From Chloroflexota bacterium (lineage in GTDB: Bacteria > Chloroflexota > Dehalococcoidia > UBA2979), in NCBI GenBank assembly GCA_003228125.1, contig QGNP01000006.1:677-64676 (forward strand): DNA of 64,000 nt. The letters are read 5' to 3'. Shown piece after piece: positions 10,539 to 19,412 of this stretch. The notes under the pieces are model-generated. The model did no database searches. It saw only the letters and a program-made list of their open reading frames with translations, and was not told where the DNA came from. The translations under genes and the position numbers were made by a program. How positions within the stretch are numbered: the first letter of the stretch is position 1; every line of letters begins with the position of its first letter.

Positions 10539-11336
10539 GTGAACTCCAGAATTGATCAATTATTTATAAATTTAAAAAAAGATAAGCAGTTTGCTGTGAT
10601 TCCTTTTATTCCTATTAATTGGCCTGGCACTGATGATACAATTTCGATTGTAGAAACAGCTTTGTCGGCAGGAGCTGATGCAATCGAATTAGGAATTCCA
10701 TTTAGCGATCCATTAGCAGACGGAGCAACTAATCAATTAGCATATCAAGAAGCACTTAAAAATGGCTCTAAAGTTGATAATCTTTTTAAAATAGTAGATA
10801 AATTAAGAACTCGAAATGTAAAAAAACCTCTGATTGCATTTAGTTATTTCAATCCTATCTATCGGTATGGCATTGAAAAATTTATGATCAATGCCGAAGT
10901 CAGTGGGCTAGATGCAATTATTATTGTAGATTTACCACCCGAAGAGTCAATAGATTTTTCTCAGTTGGCTAAAAAACATAAAATGCATCAAATTTTTTTA
11001 CTTGCTCCTAATTCTAATGAAAAAAGAATTGAAAGCGTTATAAAATTGGCATCAGGATTTCTTTATTGTGTTAGTGTAGCCGGGACAACTGGCGTAAGAG
11101 ATAATTTTTCTACTGGTCTTGAAACATTTGTTAATAAAATTAAAACAAAAACAGATATTCCTATTATTATTGGATTTGGTATTTCTAAAAAAGAACATAT
11201 AAAATTTATTAAAAAGATTGCTGATGGAGCAGTAGTAGGTAGTGCGTTTGTAGAAACAATTAGAAATTCTAATAATGAAAATCAAAGAGATATGAAAATC
11301 TCTGAATTTATTCATAATTTAGTTGAGGTCGATTAA
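10539..11336 (+). CDS. trpA: tryptophan synthase alpha chain
   Basis: GTG start. ELGIPFSDPLADG and GFGIS motifs. Confidence 0.9.
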   Translation: MNSRIDQLFINLKKDKQFAVIPFIPINWPGTDDTISIVETALSAGADAIELGIPFSDPLADGATNQLAYQEALKNGSKVDNLFKIVDKLRTRNVKKPLIAFSYFNPIYRYGIEKFMINAEVSGLDAIIIVDLPPEESIDFSQLAKKHKMHQIFLLAPNSNEKRIESVIKLASGFLYCVSVAGTTGVRDNFSTGLETFVNKIKTKTDIPIIIGFGISKKEHIKFIKKIADGAVVGSAFVETIRNSNNENQRDMKISEFIHNLVEVD

Positions 11337-11377
11337 AATAACATCTATCTTTAATTTACAAGAACAGCGAGTATTAA

Positions 11378-11752
11378 ATGAATAAACTATTACGAGGTAT
11401 CAGAGGTGCCATTACTATTGATGAAAATAGTAAAGAATTAATTGTAGAGGCTTCAGAAGAATTGCTTTCTAAAATGATAGATATGAATAGACTGAACATT
11501 ACTGACATAGCATCTATATTTTTTACTACTACAAAAGATTTAAATGCTGAGTATCCTGCGGTAGCAGCTAGAAACAAAGGCTTGTTAAATGTTGCTTTAT
11601 TGTGTACTCATGAAATGGAAATACCTCAGGGATTATCAAAATGTCTTAGGATTCTTATTCATGTCAATACTGAACAAGGATACAATGATTTAAAGCATGT
11701 TTATTTAAAAGGCGCAAAAGTATTGAGGCCTGATTTGTTAGGCAGCAATTAA
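11378..11752 (+). CDS. aroH: chorismate mutase, AroH class
   Basis: 124 aa. RGIRGAITI at the N-terminus and VYLKGAKVLRPDL at the C-terminus align along the full length with Bacillus AroH. Confidence 0.9.
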   Translation: MNKLLRGIRGAITIDENSKELIVEASEELLSKMIDMNRLNITDIASIFFTTTKDLNAEYPAVAARNKGLLNVALLCTHEMEIPQGLSKCLRILIHVNTEQGYNDLKHVYLKGAKVLRPDLLGSN

Positions 11753-11767
11753 AAGAAGGGATACATC

Positions 11768-12799
11768 ATGATTATAATTATGAAAAATAATTTTTCAGAA
11801 AAAGATCTTAATGAAATTAATCTTAGATTGAATGAGAGTGGTTTAAAAGGACAGAAAATTGAAGGAACTGAAAAGACAGTAATAGCAGTAGTTGGGCCAA
11901 TTAATCCAGAACACAGGGATGAATTTTCAAGAATGGATGGGGTCGCTAGTGTTGTTCGAATTTCAAAGCCATATAAATTATCTTCTAGGGAAACTAATGA
12001 TCAAGATACAGTAGTTAAACTCCCCTTCAATGTTCAAGTAGGAGATGGTAATTTTGTTGTAATGGCTGGACCTTGTTCGATAGAGAACCATGATCAATTA
12101 TTTGAAACAGCACAAGCGGTTAAGTCAGCTGGTGCTCATGTATTACGAGGCGGTGCTTTTAAACCACGAAGTTCTCCGTATTCTTTTCGTGGCTTGGGTA
12201 AAGAGGGATTGCAATTATTATCTCAAGCAAGAAGCAAGTATAATATGCCTGTAATTACAGAAGTTTTATCTGTAAGAGACGTTGAATTAGTTGCACAATA
12301 TTCTGATATTTTACAGATTGGTGCGAGGAACATGCAGAATTTTATATTATTGGACGAAGTTGGCAAAACTGGAAAACCAGTTATGTTGAAAAGAGCACTA
12401 GCAGGTTCAATAGAAGAATGGCTATTGGCGTCAGAATATATTCTTTCACAAGATAATCCTAATGTTATCTTGTGTGAAAGAGGCATTAGAACATTTGAAC
12501 AAGCTACTAGAAATACATTAGATTTGGCAGCAATTGCTTTAGTGAAACAATTAAGTCATCTTCCAGTTATTTCTGACCCATCACATGGGACAGGATTATG
12601 GAATTTAGTTGAGCCAATGTCACTTGCGAGCGTTGCAGCAGGCGCAGATGGACTTATGATTGAAGTGCATCCAAATCCTGAAGTTGCTCTTTCAGATGGA
12701 CCTCAATCTTTGAAGCCAGATAATTTTAAAAAACTTATGGATGTTGCGTCTAAATTATCTGATGCAGTTGGAAAGCCGATGGCGTCACTGCCATATTAA
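11768..12799 (+). CDS. aroF: 3-deoxy-7-phosphoheptulonate (DAHP) synthase, type I-beta with N-terminal ferredoxin-like regulatory domain
   Basis: 343 aa. A roughly 70-aa N-terminal domain precedes the KDO8P/DAHP synthase TIM barrel (GPCSIE, RGGAFKPRSSPYSF, DPSH). Confidence 0.9.
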   Translation: MIIIMKNNFSEKDLNEINLRLNESGLKGQKIEGTEKTVIAVVGPINPEHRDEFSRMDGVASVVRISKPYKLSSRETNDQDTVVKLPFNVQVGDGNFVVMAGPCSIENHDQLFETAQAVKSAGAHVLRGGAFKPRSSPYSFRGLGKEGLQLLSQARSKYNMPVITEVLSVRDVELVAQYSDILQIGARNMQNFILLDEVGKTGKPVMLKRALAGSIEEWLLASEYILSQDNPNVILCERGIRTFEQATRNTLDLAAIALVKQLSHLPVISDPSHGTGLWNLVEPMSLASVAAGADGLMIEVHPNPEVALSDGPQSLKPDNFKKLMDVASKLSDAVGKPMASLPY

Positions 12800-12844
12800 T
12801 AGCCAAAATATTTAATTTTATATTTTTATAAGAAGGACAGTATA

Positions 12845-13675
12845 TTGCTTGAAGATAAACAAGCAGATTCTAAGAAGGCTGAATTGCAGTTTAATAAAGA
12901 TCAAGTCAATTTTGATGTTGATCTAGCAGTATTTAAGGGGCCATTAAATTTACTTTTGTACGTAATTGAAAGAAATGAACTTAATGTACTAGATGTTCCA
13001 ATTGTTCATATTGTAAAAAGTTATATAACTTATTTAGAAAATTTTTCAGTTGTAGAATTGCAAGAAGTAAGTAAATTTTTGTTAGTTTGTTCAAGGCTTA
13101 TGCTTTTAAAATCAAGAAATATTCTACCAAAAGAGTTTGTTCAAAATATAGACGAACTTGATAGTATGGAATTAAATACAGAATTAAATAATTTAACTAA
13201 TGCATTAAATGAAATCAAAAATTATCAAGAGATTATCCATGACTTAAAAGAACTTGAAAACATAGGACATTCACACTATAGGGAAAATATCTATTCAAAA
13301 TCAAATAATTTTCAAGAATCATTAGATGGTATTTCTTTAGATCAATTATCAGATTTGTTCAATCAAGCCATAATAAGCATTAAAGATAATAGAACTGACA
13401 ATGGAGACATTAATTTTGTAGAGGAAGTTTCATTTACAGGAAGAATGGACGCATTTGCTAAAACTTTAAATGAAAAAGGGTCATTAGATTTTTTTGATTA
13501 TATTGTGCAAGCAAAATCATTGGAGCAAGTTATAGTAGATTTTTTATGCATACTGACATTTATTAAAATTGGCTATATACAAGTTATTCAGCAAAATAAA
13601 TTTGGGCCTATTTTAATAAATAAAATTAATGATATTGATGAGATGAAATTATCATCAATAATCACAGACTTCTAA
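12845..13675 (+). CDS. scpA: segregation and condensation protein A
   Basis: TTG start. The N-terminal FKGPLNLLLYVIERNELNVLDVPI is ScpA-like. No scpB follows. Confidence 0.75.
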   Translation: MLEDKQADSKKAELQFNKDQVNFDVDLAVFKGPLNLLLYVIERNELNVLDVPIVHIVKSYITYLENFSVVELQEVSKFLLVCSRLMLLKSRNILPKEFVQNIDELDSMELNTELNNLTNALNEIKNYQEIIHDLKELENIGHSHYRENIYSKSNNFQESLDGISLDQLSDLFNQAIISIKDNRTDNGDINFVEEVSFTGRMDAFAKTLNEKGSLDFFDYIVQAKSLEQVIVDFLCILTFIKIGYIQVIQQNKFGPILINKINDIDEMKLSSIITDF

Positions 13676-13700
13676 TGGTACTATTTGAAAGGAGATATAA

Positions 13701-14624
13701 ATTAAACACTTCAAAATAGATACTATTGGTAAAAATAGTGATAATGCTGCTATTACTATTGGAGTATTTGATGGGGTTCATCTTGGACATCAATATTTAA
13801 TTAATAATTTAATGCAACGCGCTAAAACCTTAGGTATTAGTAGCGGGATAGTTTCATTTAATCCGCATCCAATTACAATCGTAACTAATGAGCACAAATT
13901 TAATTATATTCAACCATTATCAGAACGCATAAATGAATTAAAGAAAACAGGAATTGATTTCATTTCTATTATTGAGTTTACTAATGAATTGAGTCAGCTT
14001 TCAGCAATAGAATTCTTAAAATTTTTAAAACAAAAGATAAATTATAAGCTACTAATAGTAGGGAATGGTTTTACAATTGGTAAAGATCGGGAAGGTGACT
14101 TAAGTGAATTGAAAAGAATAGCAGAAGAATTAGATTTTCAAGTGATTGAAGTTCCTTTAAAAAAAGACAGTATTAATTTTTTTTCATCAAGCATGATACG
14201 TAAATATTTATTATCAGGTCAGATAAGTCATGCTAATAAAATATTAGGCCGACATTTTATGATTAGTGGTATTTGTCAAAAAGGAGATCAAAGAGGAAGG
14301 ATGTTGGGATTTCCAACTATTAATATTCACGTACCTAATAATCATATACTTCCAAAAAAAGGTGTTTATTATACTAAGACTTTACTTGGCAATGAATATT
14401 TTTTTTCTATAACTAATGTAGGCACTAGGCCAACTTTTGATAAAGATGAAATACTAGTAGAATCACATTTATTTGATTACAATAAAGATGCCTATGATAA
14501 AAAAACTGAGATCTTTTTTTATGAATTTATTAGAGGAGAAATTAAATTTAGTAGTGAGCAAGAGTTAATAGAACAAATTAATGCAGATATCATTATTGCA
14601 AAAAAAAATATTATAAAAGAATAG
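13701..14624 (+). CDS. ribF: bifunctional riboflavin kinase / FAD synthetase
   Basis: The track ORF (13812) lacks the N-terminal GVFDGVHLGHQ motif, which is encoded in-frame upstream. The only plausible start is ATT 13701, 6 nt after AAAGGAG. The C-terminal riboflavin kinase motifs (GFPTINI, VESHLFD) are present. Confidence 0.8.
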   Translation: MKHFKIDTIGKNSDNAAITIGVFDGVHLGHQYLINNLMQRAKTLGISSGIVSFNPHPITIVTNEHKFNYIQPLSERINELKKTGIDFISIIEFTNELSQLSAIEFLKFLKQKINYKLLIVGNGFTIGKDREGDLSELKRIAEELDFQVIEVPLKKDSINFFSSSMIRKYLLSGQISHANKILGRHFMISGICQKGDQRGRMLGFPTINIHVPNNHILPKKGVYYTKTLLGNEYFFSITNVGTRPTFDKDEILVESHLFDYNKDAYDKKTEIFFYEFIRGEIKFSSEQELIEQINADIIIAKKNIIKE

Positions 14625-14632
14625 AGTTAATT

Positions 14633-15859
14633 TTGAATATACAAGAACAATCAAAAATATTAATGAATAATACTGAATATGGTGATGAAAAACTTAAAAT
14701 AAACATGCAAAAAGAACTAGAAAAAAAATTGTCAGAAGGAAGACCACTTAATATTTATTGTGGATATGATCCAACGGCTGTTGATTTAACTTTGGGACAT
14801 ATCATTACAATGCGTAAATTACGTGAATTCCAAGAACTAGGACATAATGTTACTTTTTTAATTGGAGGCTTTACTGGATTAATTGGAGATCCTTCAGATA
14901 AGGATAAAAAAAGACCAATGCTTTCCCATGAGCAATTAAAGAATAATGCAAAAGAATATACCAGGCAAGCATATAAAATACTTGACCCGAGATTAACCAC
15001 TATTCGTTCAAATGAAGAGTGGTTAGAAAATCTTTCATCAAAGGAATTCATTAGATTATGTTCAAAATTTACAGTTGCTCAATTTTTAGAAAGGGATAAT
15101 TTTAGTAAAAGATGGAAGTCCAATGATGCTATTTATTTATCTGAATTTTTGTATGCATTAATGCAAGGTTACGACGCAGTTAAGCTTGCATCTGATGTGC
15201 AAGTAGGAGGTAGTGATCAATTGTTTAATTTAATGGCTGGGCGAATCCTCCAAAGAGAATTTAATCAAGATCCTCAAGTTGTAATGACGCTTCCTATTTT
15301 AGTGGGTACTGATGGAAAAATACGTATGTCTAAGAGCACAGGTAATTTTATAGGACTAGAAGAGCCTCCTAATGAAATGTTTGGGAAAATTATGTCAATT
15401 CCAGACAATGCTGTAGAAAGTTATTTTAAATTATTAACATCAGTCAGTGATGATGATTTTCTTAAATTAACTAAAGCAATAGATAATAAAGCAATGAAAA
15501 AAATAGATTTAAAAAAGAAATTGGCAGTTGAGATTATTACTGGACTTTTTTCAATTTCTGAAGCTACGCAATCAGAAAAATACTTTGAAGAAACTTTTCA
15601 AAAAAGAAATATTCCTTCGATCATGAATGAGTATAGTCTTGGGTATCAAGAAAGCAATGAGTGTAAACTTTCAAAAATTTTGATTAAAACTCAATTATCA
15701 AATGGTGATAAATATGCATCCAGTCTTAGTGAAGTTAGAAGATTGATTTCTCAAAATGCAGTAAGTGTTAATGGCTTAAAAATTGATGAAGACATTGAAG
15801 TAAAAATTGGTGATGAAATACGCGTTGGCAGGTATAAATTTTTAAGAATTATTCAGTAA
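14633..15859 (+). CDS. tyrS: tyrosine--tRNA ligase
   Basis: TTG start. YCGYDPTAVDLTLGH (HIGH region), RMSKS (KMSKS) and a C-terminal S4-like domain. Confidence 0.9.
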   Translation: MNIQEQSKILMNNTEYGDEKLKINMQKELEKKLSEGRPLNIYCGYDPTAVDLTLGHIITMRKLREFQELGHNVTFLIGGFTGLIGDPSDKDKKRPMLSHEQLKNNAKEYTRQAYKILDPRLTTIRSNEEWLENLSSKEFIRLCSKFTVAQFLERDNFSKRWKSNDAIYLSEFLYALMQGYDAVKLASDVQVGGSDQLFNLMAGRILQREFNQDPQVVMTLPILVGTDGKIRMSKSTGNFIGLEEPPNEMFGKIMSIPDNAVESYFKLLTSVSDDDFLKLTKAIDNKAMKKIDLKKKLAVEIITGLFSISEATQSEKYFEETFQKRNIPSIMNEYSLGYQESNECKLSKILIKTQLSNGDKYASSLSEVRRLISQNAVSVNGLKIDEDIEVKIGDEIRVGRYKFLRIIQ

Positions 15860-17097
15860 TTTTTCATTATTAGTACTGAATTATGACCACCAAAACCAAA
15901 AGAATTTGTCATTGCGTACTGTATGTTTAATTTTCTTTTACCTTCTGGCACGTAATCTAAATCACATTCAGGATCTTGTTTAGTTAAGTTTATCGTTGGA
16001 TGAATAGAATTATTTTTAATACTTAATGCAGTTACAGCTGCCTCAATGGCACCTGCTGCACCAAGAGTGTGACCTATCATAGATTTTGTCGAGTTAATTG
16101 GAATATTATACGCATTTTTACCAAATACTTTTTTAATTGCTAAAGTTTCAGTTTTATCATTCAGTACCGTACTAGTACCATGAGCATTAATGTAGTGAAT
16201 TTGTTCTGCTTTTATTTTTCCTTTTTTTAGTGCTCCTTCCATTGCTTTAATTGCTCCATCACCATCTTCTGCAGGTCGAGTGATATGAAATGCATCTGAG
16301 GTTTGATGATATGAAACTATTTCAGCATAAATATTTGCCCCTCTTTTTAAAGCATGTTCCATGTCTTCTAATATTAGACTAGTTGCTCCTTCTGCAAGTA
16401 CGAATCCATCTCTGTCTTTATCAAATGGTCTTGAAGCTAGTTCTGGATTGTCATTATTTTTTATAGACAATGTTCTAGAGGCTCTAAATGCTGATAATCC
16501 TAGTCTGCATATAGCTGATTCAGTTCCACCAGCAATCATTGCTAAAGCATCTCCTCTTTTAATTATTTCGTACGCTGTTCCTATTGCATCTGTTCCTGAT
16601 GCGCATGCAGAAACAGTATCATAACTTGGTCCTTTAGCACCAGTTTTTATAGATACTTGTCCTGCAGCCATGTCAGCAATATACATTGGTATTAAAAGAG
16701 GAGATATTCTATTTGGGCCTTTGTTAATTAAAGTATCATATTGTTGCTCGAGAGTTCGTATGCCTCCTATGCCAGATCCTATAATAACTCCAACATTATC
16801 AGCAATTTTTTCTATTTGTAACATTGATTCTTTTACTGCTTCATCAGAAGCAATAATTGCTAGTTGAGTAAACCTATCCATCCTTTTTTGTTCCCGCTTA
16901 TCTAAAAAATTAGACATGTCAAAATTTATTTCTCCAGCAATTTTGACATCGATGTCAGAAGTATCACATGATCTTACTTTTGATATTCCACTTTTACCAA
17001 TTAATAAATTTTGATATGTTTCTTGAGTCGATGTGCCTACGGGTGTAATCATACCAATTCCTGTAATAACAACTCTTTTATTTTGATTACTTATCAT
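15853..17097 (-). CDS. fabF: beta-ketoacyl-ACP synthase II (downstream paralog)
   Basis: 414 aa with a Cys-His-His triad (SACASG, NAHGTST, GHTLGAAG). Confidence 0.9.
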   Translation of the reverse strand: MISNQNKRVVITGIGMITPVGTSTQETYQNLLIGKSGISKVRSCDTSDIDVKIAGEINFDMSNFLDKREQKRMDRFTQLAIIASDEAVKESMLQIEKIADNVGVIIGSGIGGIRTLEQQYDTLINKGPNRISPLLIPMYIADMAAGQVSIKTGAKGPSYDTVSACASGTDAIGTAYEIIKRGDALAMIAGGTESAICRLGLSAFRASRTLSIKNNDNPELASRPFDKDRDGFVLAEGATSLILEDMEHALKRGANIYAEIVSYHQTSDAFHITRPAEDGDGAIKAMEGALKKGKIKAEQIHYINAHGTSTVLNDKTETLAIKKVFGKNAYNIPINSTKSMIGHTLGAAGAIEAAVTALSIKNNSIHPTINLTKQDPECDLDYVPEGKRKLNIQYAMTNSFGFGGHNSVLIMKNY

Positions 17098-18338
17098 TGC
17101 TTATTACTCCATTTTTTTAAAATAATTGCTGAATTATGCCCACCAAGTCCAATTGAGGTACTCATTGCATATTCTATATCTTTCTTTCTTGCCTGATTAG
17201 GCACGTAATCTAAATCACAATCTGGATCTGAGTCATTTAGGTTAATAGTAGGAGGTACAATCTGTTCTTTGCACACTAAGGCAGTTATAGCTGCTTCTAC
17301 TGCCCCTGTTGCACCCATCATATGTCCAATCATGGATTTTGTTGAAGAAATAGCAATATGATTAGCATGGCTTTTAAAAATTTTCTTAATAGCTTTTGTC
17401 TCTACTTTGTCATTAATTGGAGTTCCAGATCCATGAGCATTAATATAATTTATTTTATCTAAATCTACATTTCCTTTTTCTATTGCGTTATTCATTGCTA
17501 GAACAATTCCTCTACCATCCTGATGAGGATTTGTCATATCAAACCCATCTGCGGCATTGCCAGCTGATATAACCTCAGCATAAATATTTGCTTTTCTACG
17601 CAAAGCTACGGAAAGTTCTTCTAAAATTAAAATAGCAGATCCTTCTGATAAAGTAAAACCACTTCGATTTATATCAAATGGCTTACATGCACTTTTAGGA
17701 TCTTCGCTAATAGCTAGCGCTTTCATTGATTGAAATCCGGCAAGAAATATTGGTTGCATTGATGCTTCAAAACCACCTGTTATCATTGTATTAGCATCAC
17801 CTCTTTTAATTATTTCAAATGCCTCTCCAATTGCTGTGCCGCCAGTAGCACATGCAGCAGTAATTGCAAGATTAGGACCATATGCTCCAAGTTCAATAGA
17901 TAAGAGCCCAGATGCTGTGTCTGGAAGCATATGAGTTATTAAGAAAGGCGATACTCGTTTTGGTCCTTTGCTGATTAATTTTTCATTATTTTCTAGTAAT
18001 AGATGCGATCCACCAATACCAGTTCCTAAAGCAATTCCTGTTTTTTCAGCATCTATTAAAGGAATTTCTAATTCGGCATCATTAAGAGCTTCTTTAGCAG
18101 CTGCTATTGCCAGTATTGATGAGCGATCAAGTCTTCTATGTAATTTAGTATTGACGTAATCTTCTTCATTAAATTTTTTTAATTCTCCTCCATATTTACA
18201 ATCAAATTGAGAAGTATTAAATGATTTAATGTAGTCTATTCCTGATTGACCATTAATTAAAAGTTCCCAACTATCTTTTGTATTGTTTGCTAATGGAGTC
18301 AGCATTCCTATTCCAGTGATTACCACTCTTTTATTCAT
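17094..18338 (-). CDS. fabF: beta-ketoacyl-ACP synthase II (upstream paralog)
   Basis: 414 aa with an intact triad (AACATG, NAHGSGT, GHMMGATG). It has 4-nt ATGA-type overlaps with its neighbours. Confidence 0.9.
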   Translation of the reverse strand: MNKRVVITGIGMLTPLANNTKDSWELLINGQSGIDYIKSFNTSQFDCKYGGELKKFNEEDYVNTKLHRRLDRSSILAIAAAKEALNDAELEIPLIDAEKTGIALGTGIGGSHLLLENNEKLISKGPKRVSPFLITHMLPDTASGLLSIELGAYGPNLAITAACATGGTAIGEAFEIIKRGDANTMITGGFEASMQPIFLAGFQSMKALAISEDPKSACKPFDINRSGFTLSEGSAILILEELSVALRRKANIYAEVISAGNAADGFDMTNPHQDGRGIVLAMNNAIEKGNVDLDKINYINAHGSGTPINDKVETKAIKKIFKSHANHIAISSTKSMIGHMMGATGAVEAAITALVCKEQIVPPTINLNDSDPDCDLDYVPNQARKKDIEYAMSTSIGLGGHNSAIILKKWSNKQ

Positions 18339-19314
18339 CTGTTTGAAAATCTACTTGGTAATTTCTTAATAACAAATCTATATCTTTTAACTCTTCAAAA
18401 ATTGATATTGCCTCAACATTAGGTTTATATTTTTTAACTAATTTGGATAAAACATGACCTGGTCCTATCTCAATATAAGTGTTGATTTTTTTCATTGACA
18501 TAAATTCCATATTTTTATACCAAAAGACAGGCCTGTGAATTTGATTAGATAGTTCATCTTTAATTTTTTCAGCAGTATCTAATAATTTTGAAGAAATATT
18601 AGAAAGTATTGGTACATTTGGTTCGTTAAAATGATATTTATCAATAAATTTTGCAAATTGCATAGATTCATCAATATGAAGTTCAGTATGACTAGAGACT
18701 TTTAATTTTAATTCTATTGCCTTTGCTCTCATCAATGAAACTATTTCTTTACTTCTTATAATTGCAGTTTGATGTCCAGCTATGACAACTTGATTATTTA
18801 GATTGTAATTAGCTATATCTACTCTATCATTTAAAGATTTAGTTGCTTGCTTACATATAGTTTTAACTTTTTCTATATCTAGGCCAATTATTCCAAGCAT
18901 TCCAACAGGTTTTTTTATGTAGTTGCTTTGCATTATTTCTGCTCTTTTAGATGCAATTTTTATCCCATCTGAAAATGCTATGCAATTACTTGCAATAGCA
19001 GCAGTTAATAATCCTAAAGAATGCCCTGCAAAAAGTTTAGGGCTAATATCATAATTGCTATGTTCTATTTTTTCTTGCATATAATTAAACAATGCGATAG
19101 ATGTTGCAATAATTGCAGGCTGAGTCACTAAAGTATTAGATAATTCTTTTTCACTACCTGTTTTGCATAATTCAGTTAAGTCAAATTTTAAAACATCATT
19201 AGCTTCCTGAAATAATTTTTGTGCTGGAATAGATGAATTGAGAATTAAATTTGCCATTCCAGGTTGTTGAGCGCCTTGTCCAGGAAACATCAGTGCAATA
19301 TTAGATTTTGACAT
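18331..19314 (-). CDS. fabD: malonyl CoA-ACP transacylase
   Basis: FPGQGAQ and GHSLG motifs. At 327 aa it has a slightly extended C-terminus. Confidence 0.9.
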   Translation of the reverse strand: MSKSNIALMFPGQGAQQPGMANLILNSSIPAQKLFQEANDVLKFDLTELCKTGSEKELSNTLVTQPAIIATSIALFNYMQEKIEHSNYDISPKLFAGHSLGLLTAAIASNCIAFSDGIKIASKRAEIMQSNYIKKPVGMLGIIGLDIEKVKTICKQATKSLNDRVDIANYNLNNQVVIAGHQTAIIRSKEIVSLMRAKAIELKLKVSSHTELHIDESMQFAKFIDKYHFNEPNVPILSNISSKLLDTAEKIKDELSNQIHRPVFWYKNMEFMSMKKINTYIEIGPGHVLSKLVKKYKPNVEAISIFEELKDIDLLLRNYQVDFQTDE

Positions 19315-19412
19315 TGCTATATCCTATTTTTTTATTTTATATTTAATATATATTTCTCTTTTTATCATATATTGTTTAGGAATTAAAATATTGCTTATAA
19401 AGCAAAAGTTTT

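Noticed and set aside
15853-18338. Tandem ketosynthases considered as a type II PKS KS-alpha/CLF pair.
   Set aside because: Both proteins retain the active-site Cys and both His residues, whereas a CLF has Gln in place of Cys. No cyclase, aromatase, KR or dedicated ACP is nearby, and the link to fabD points to fatty-acid synthesis.
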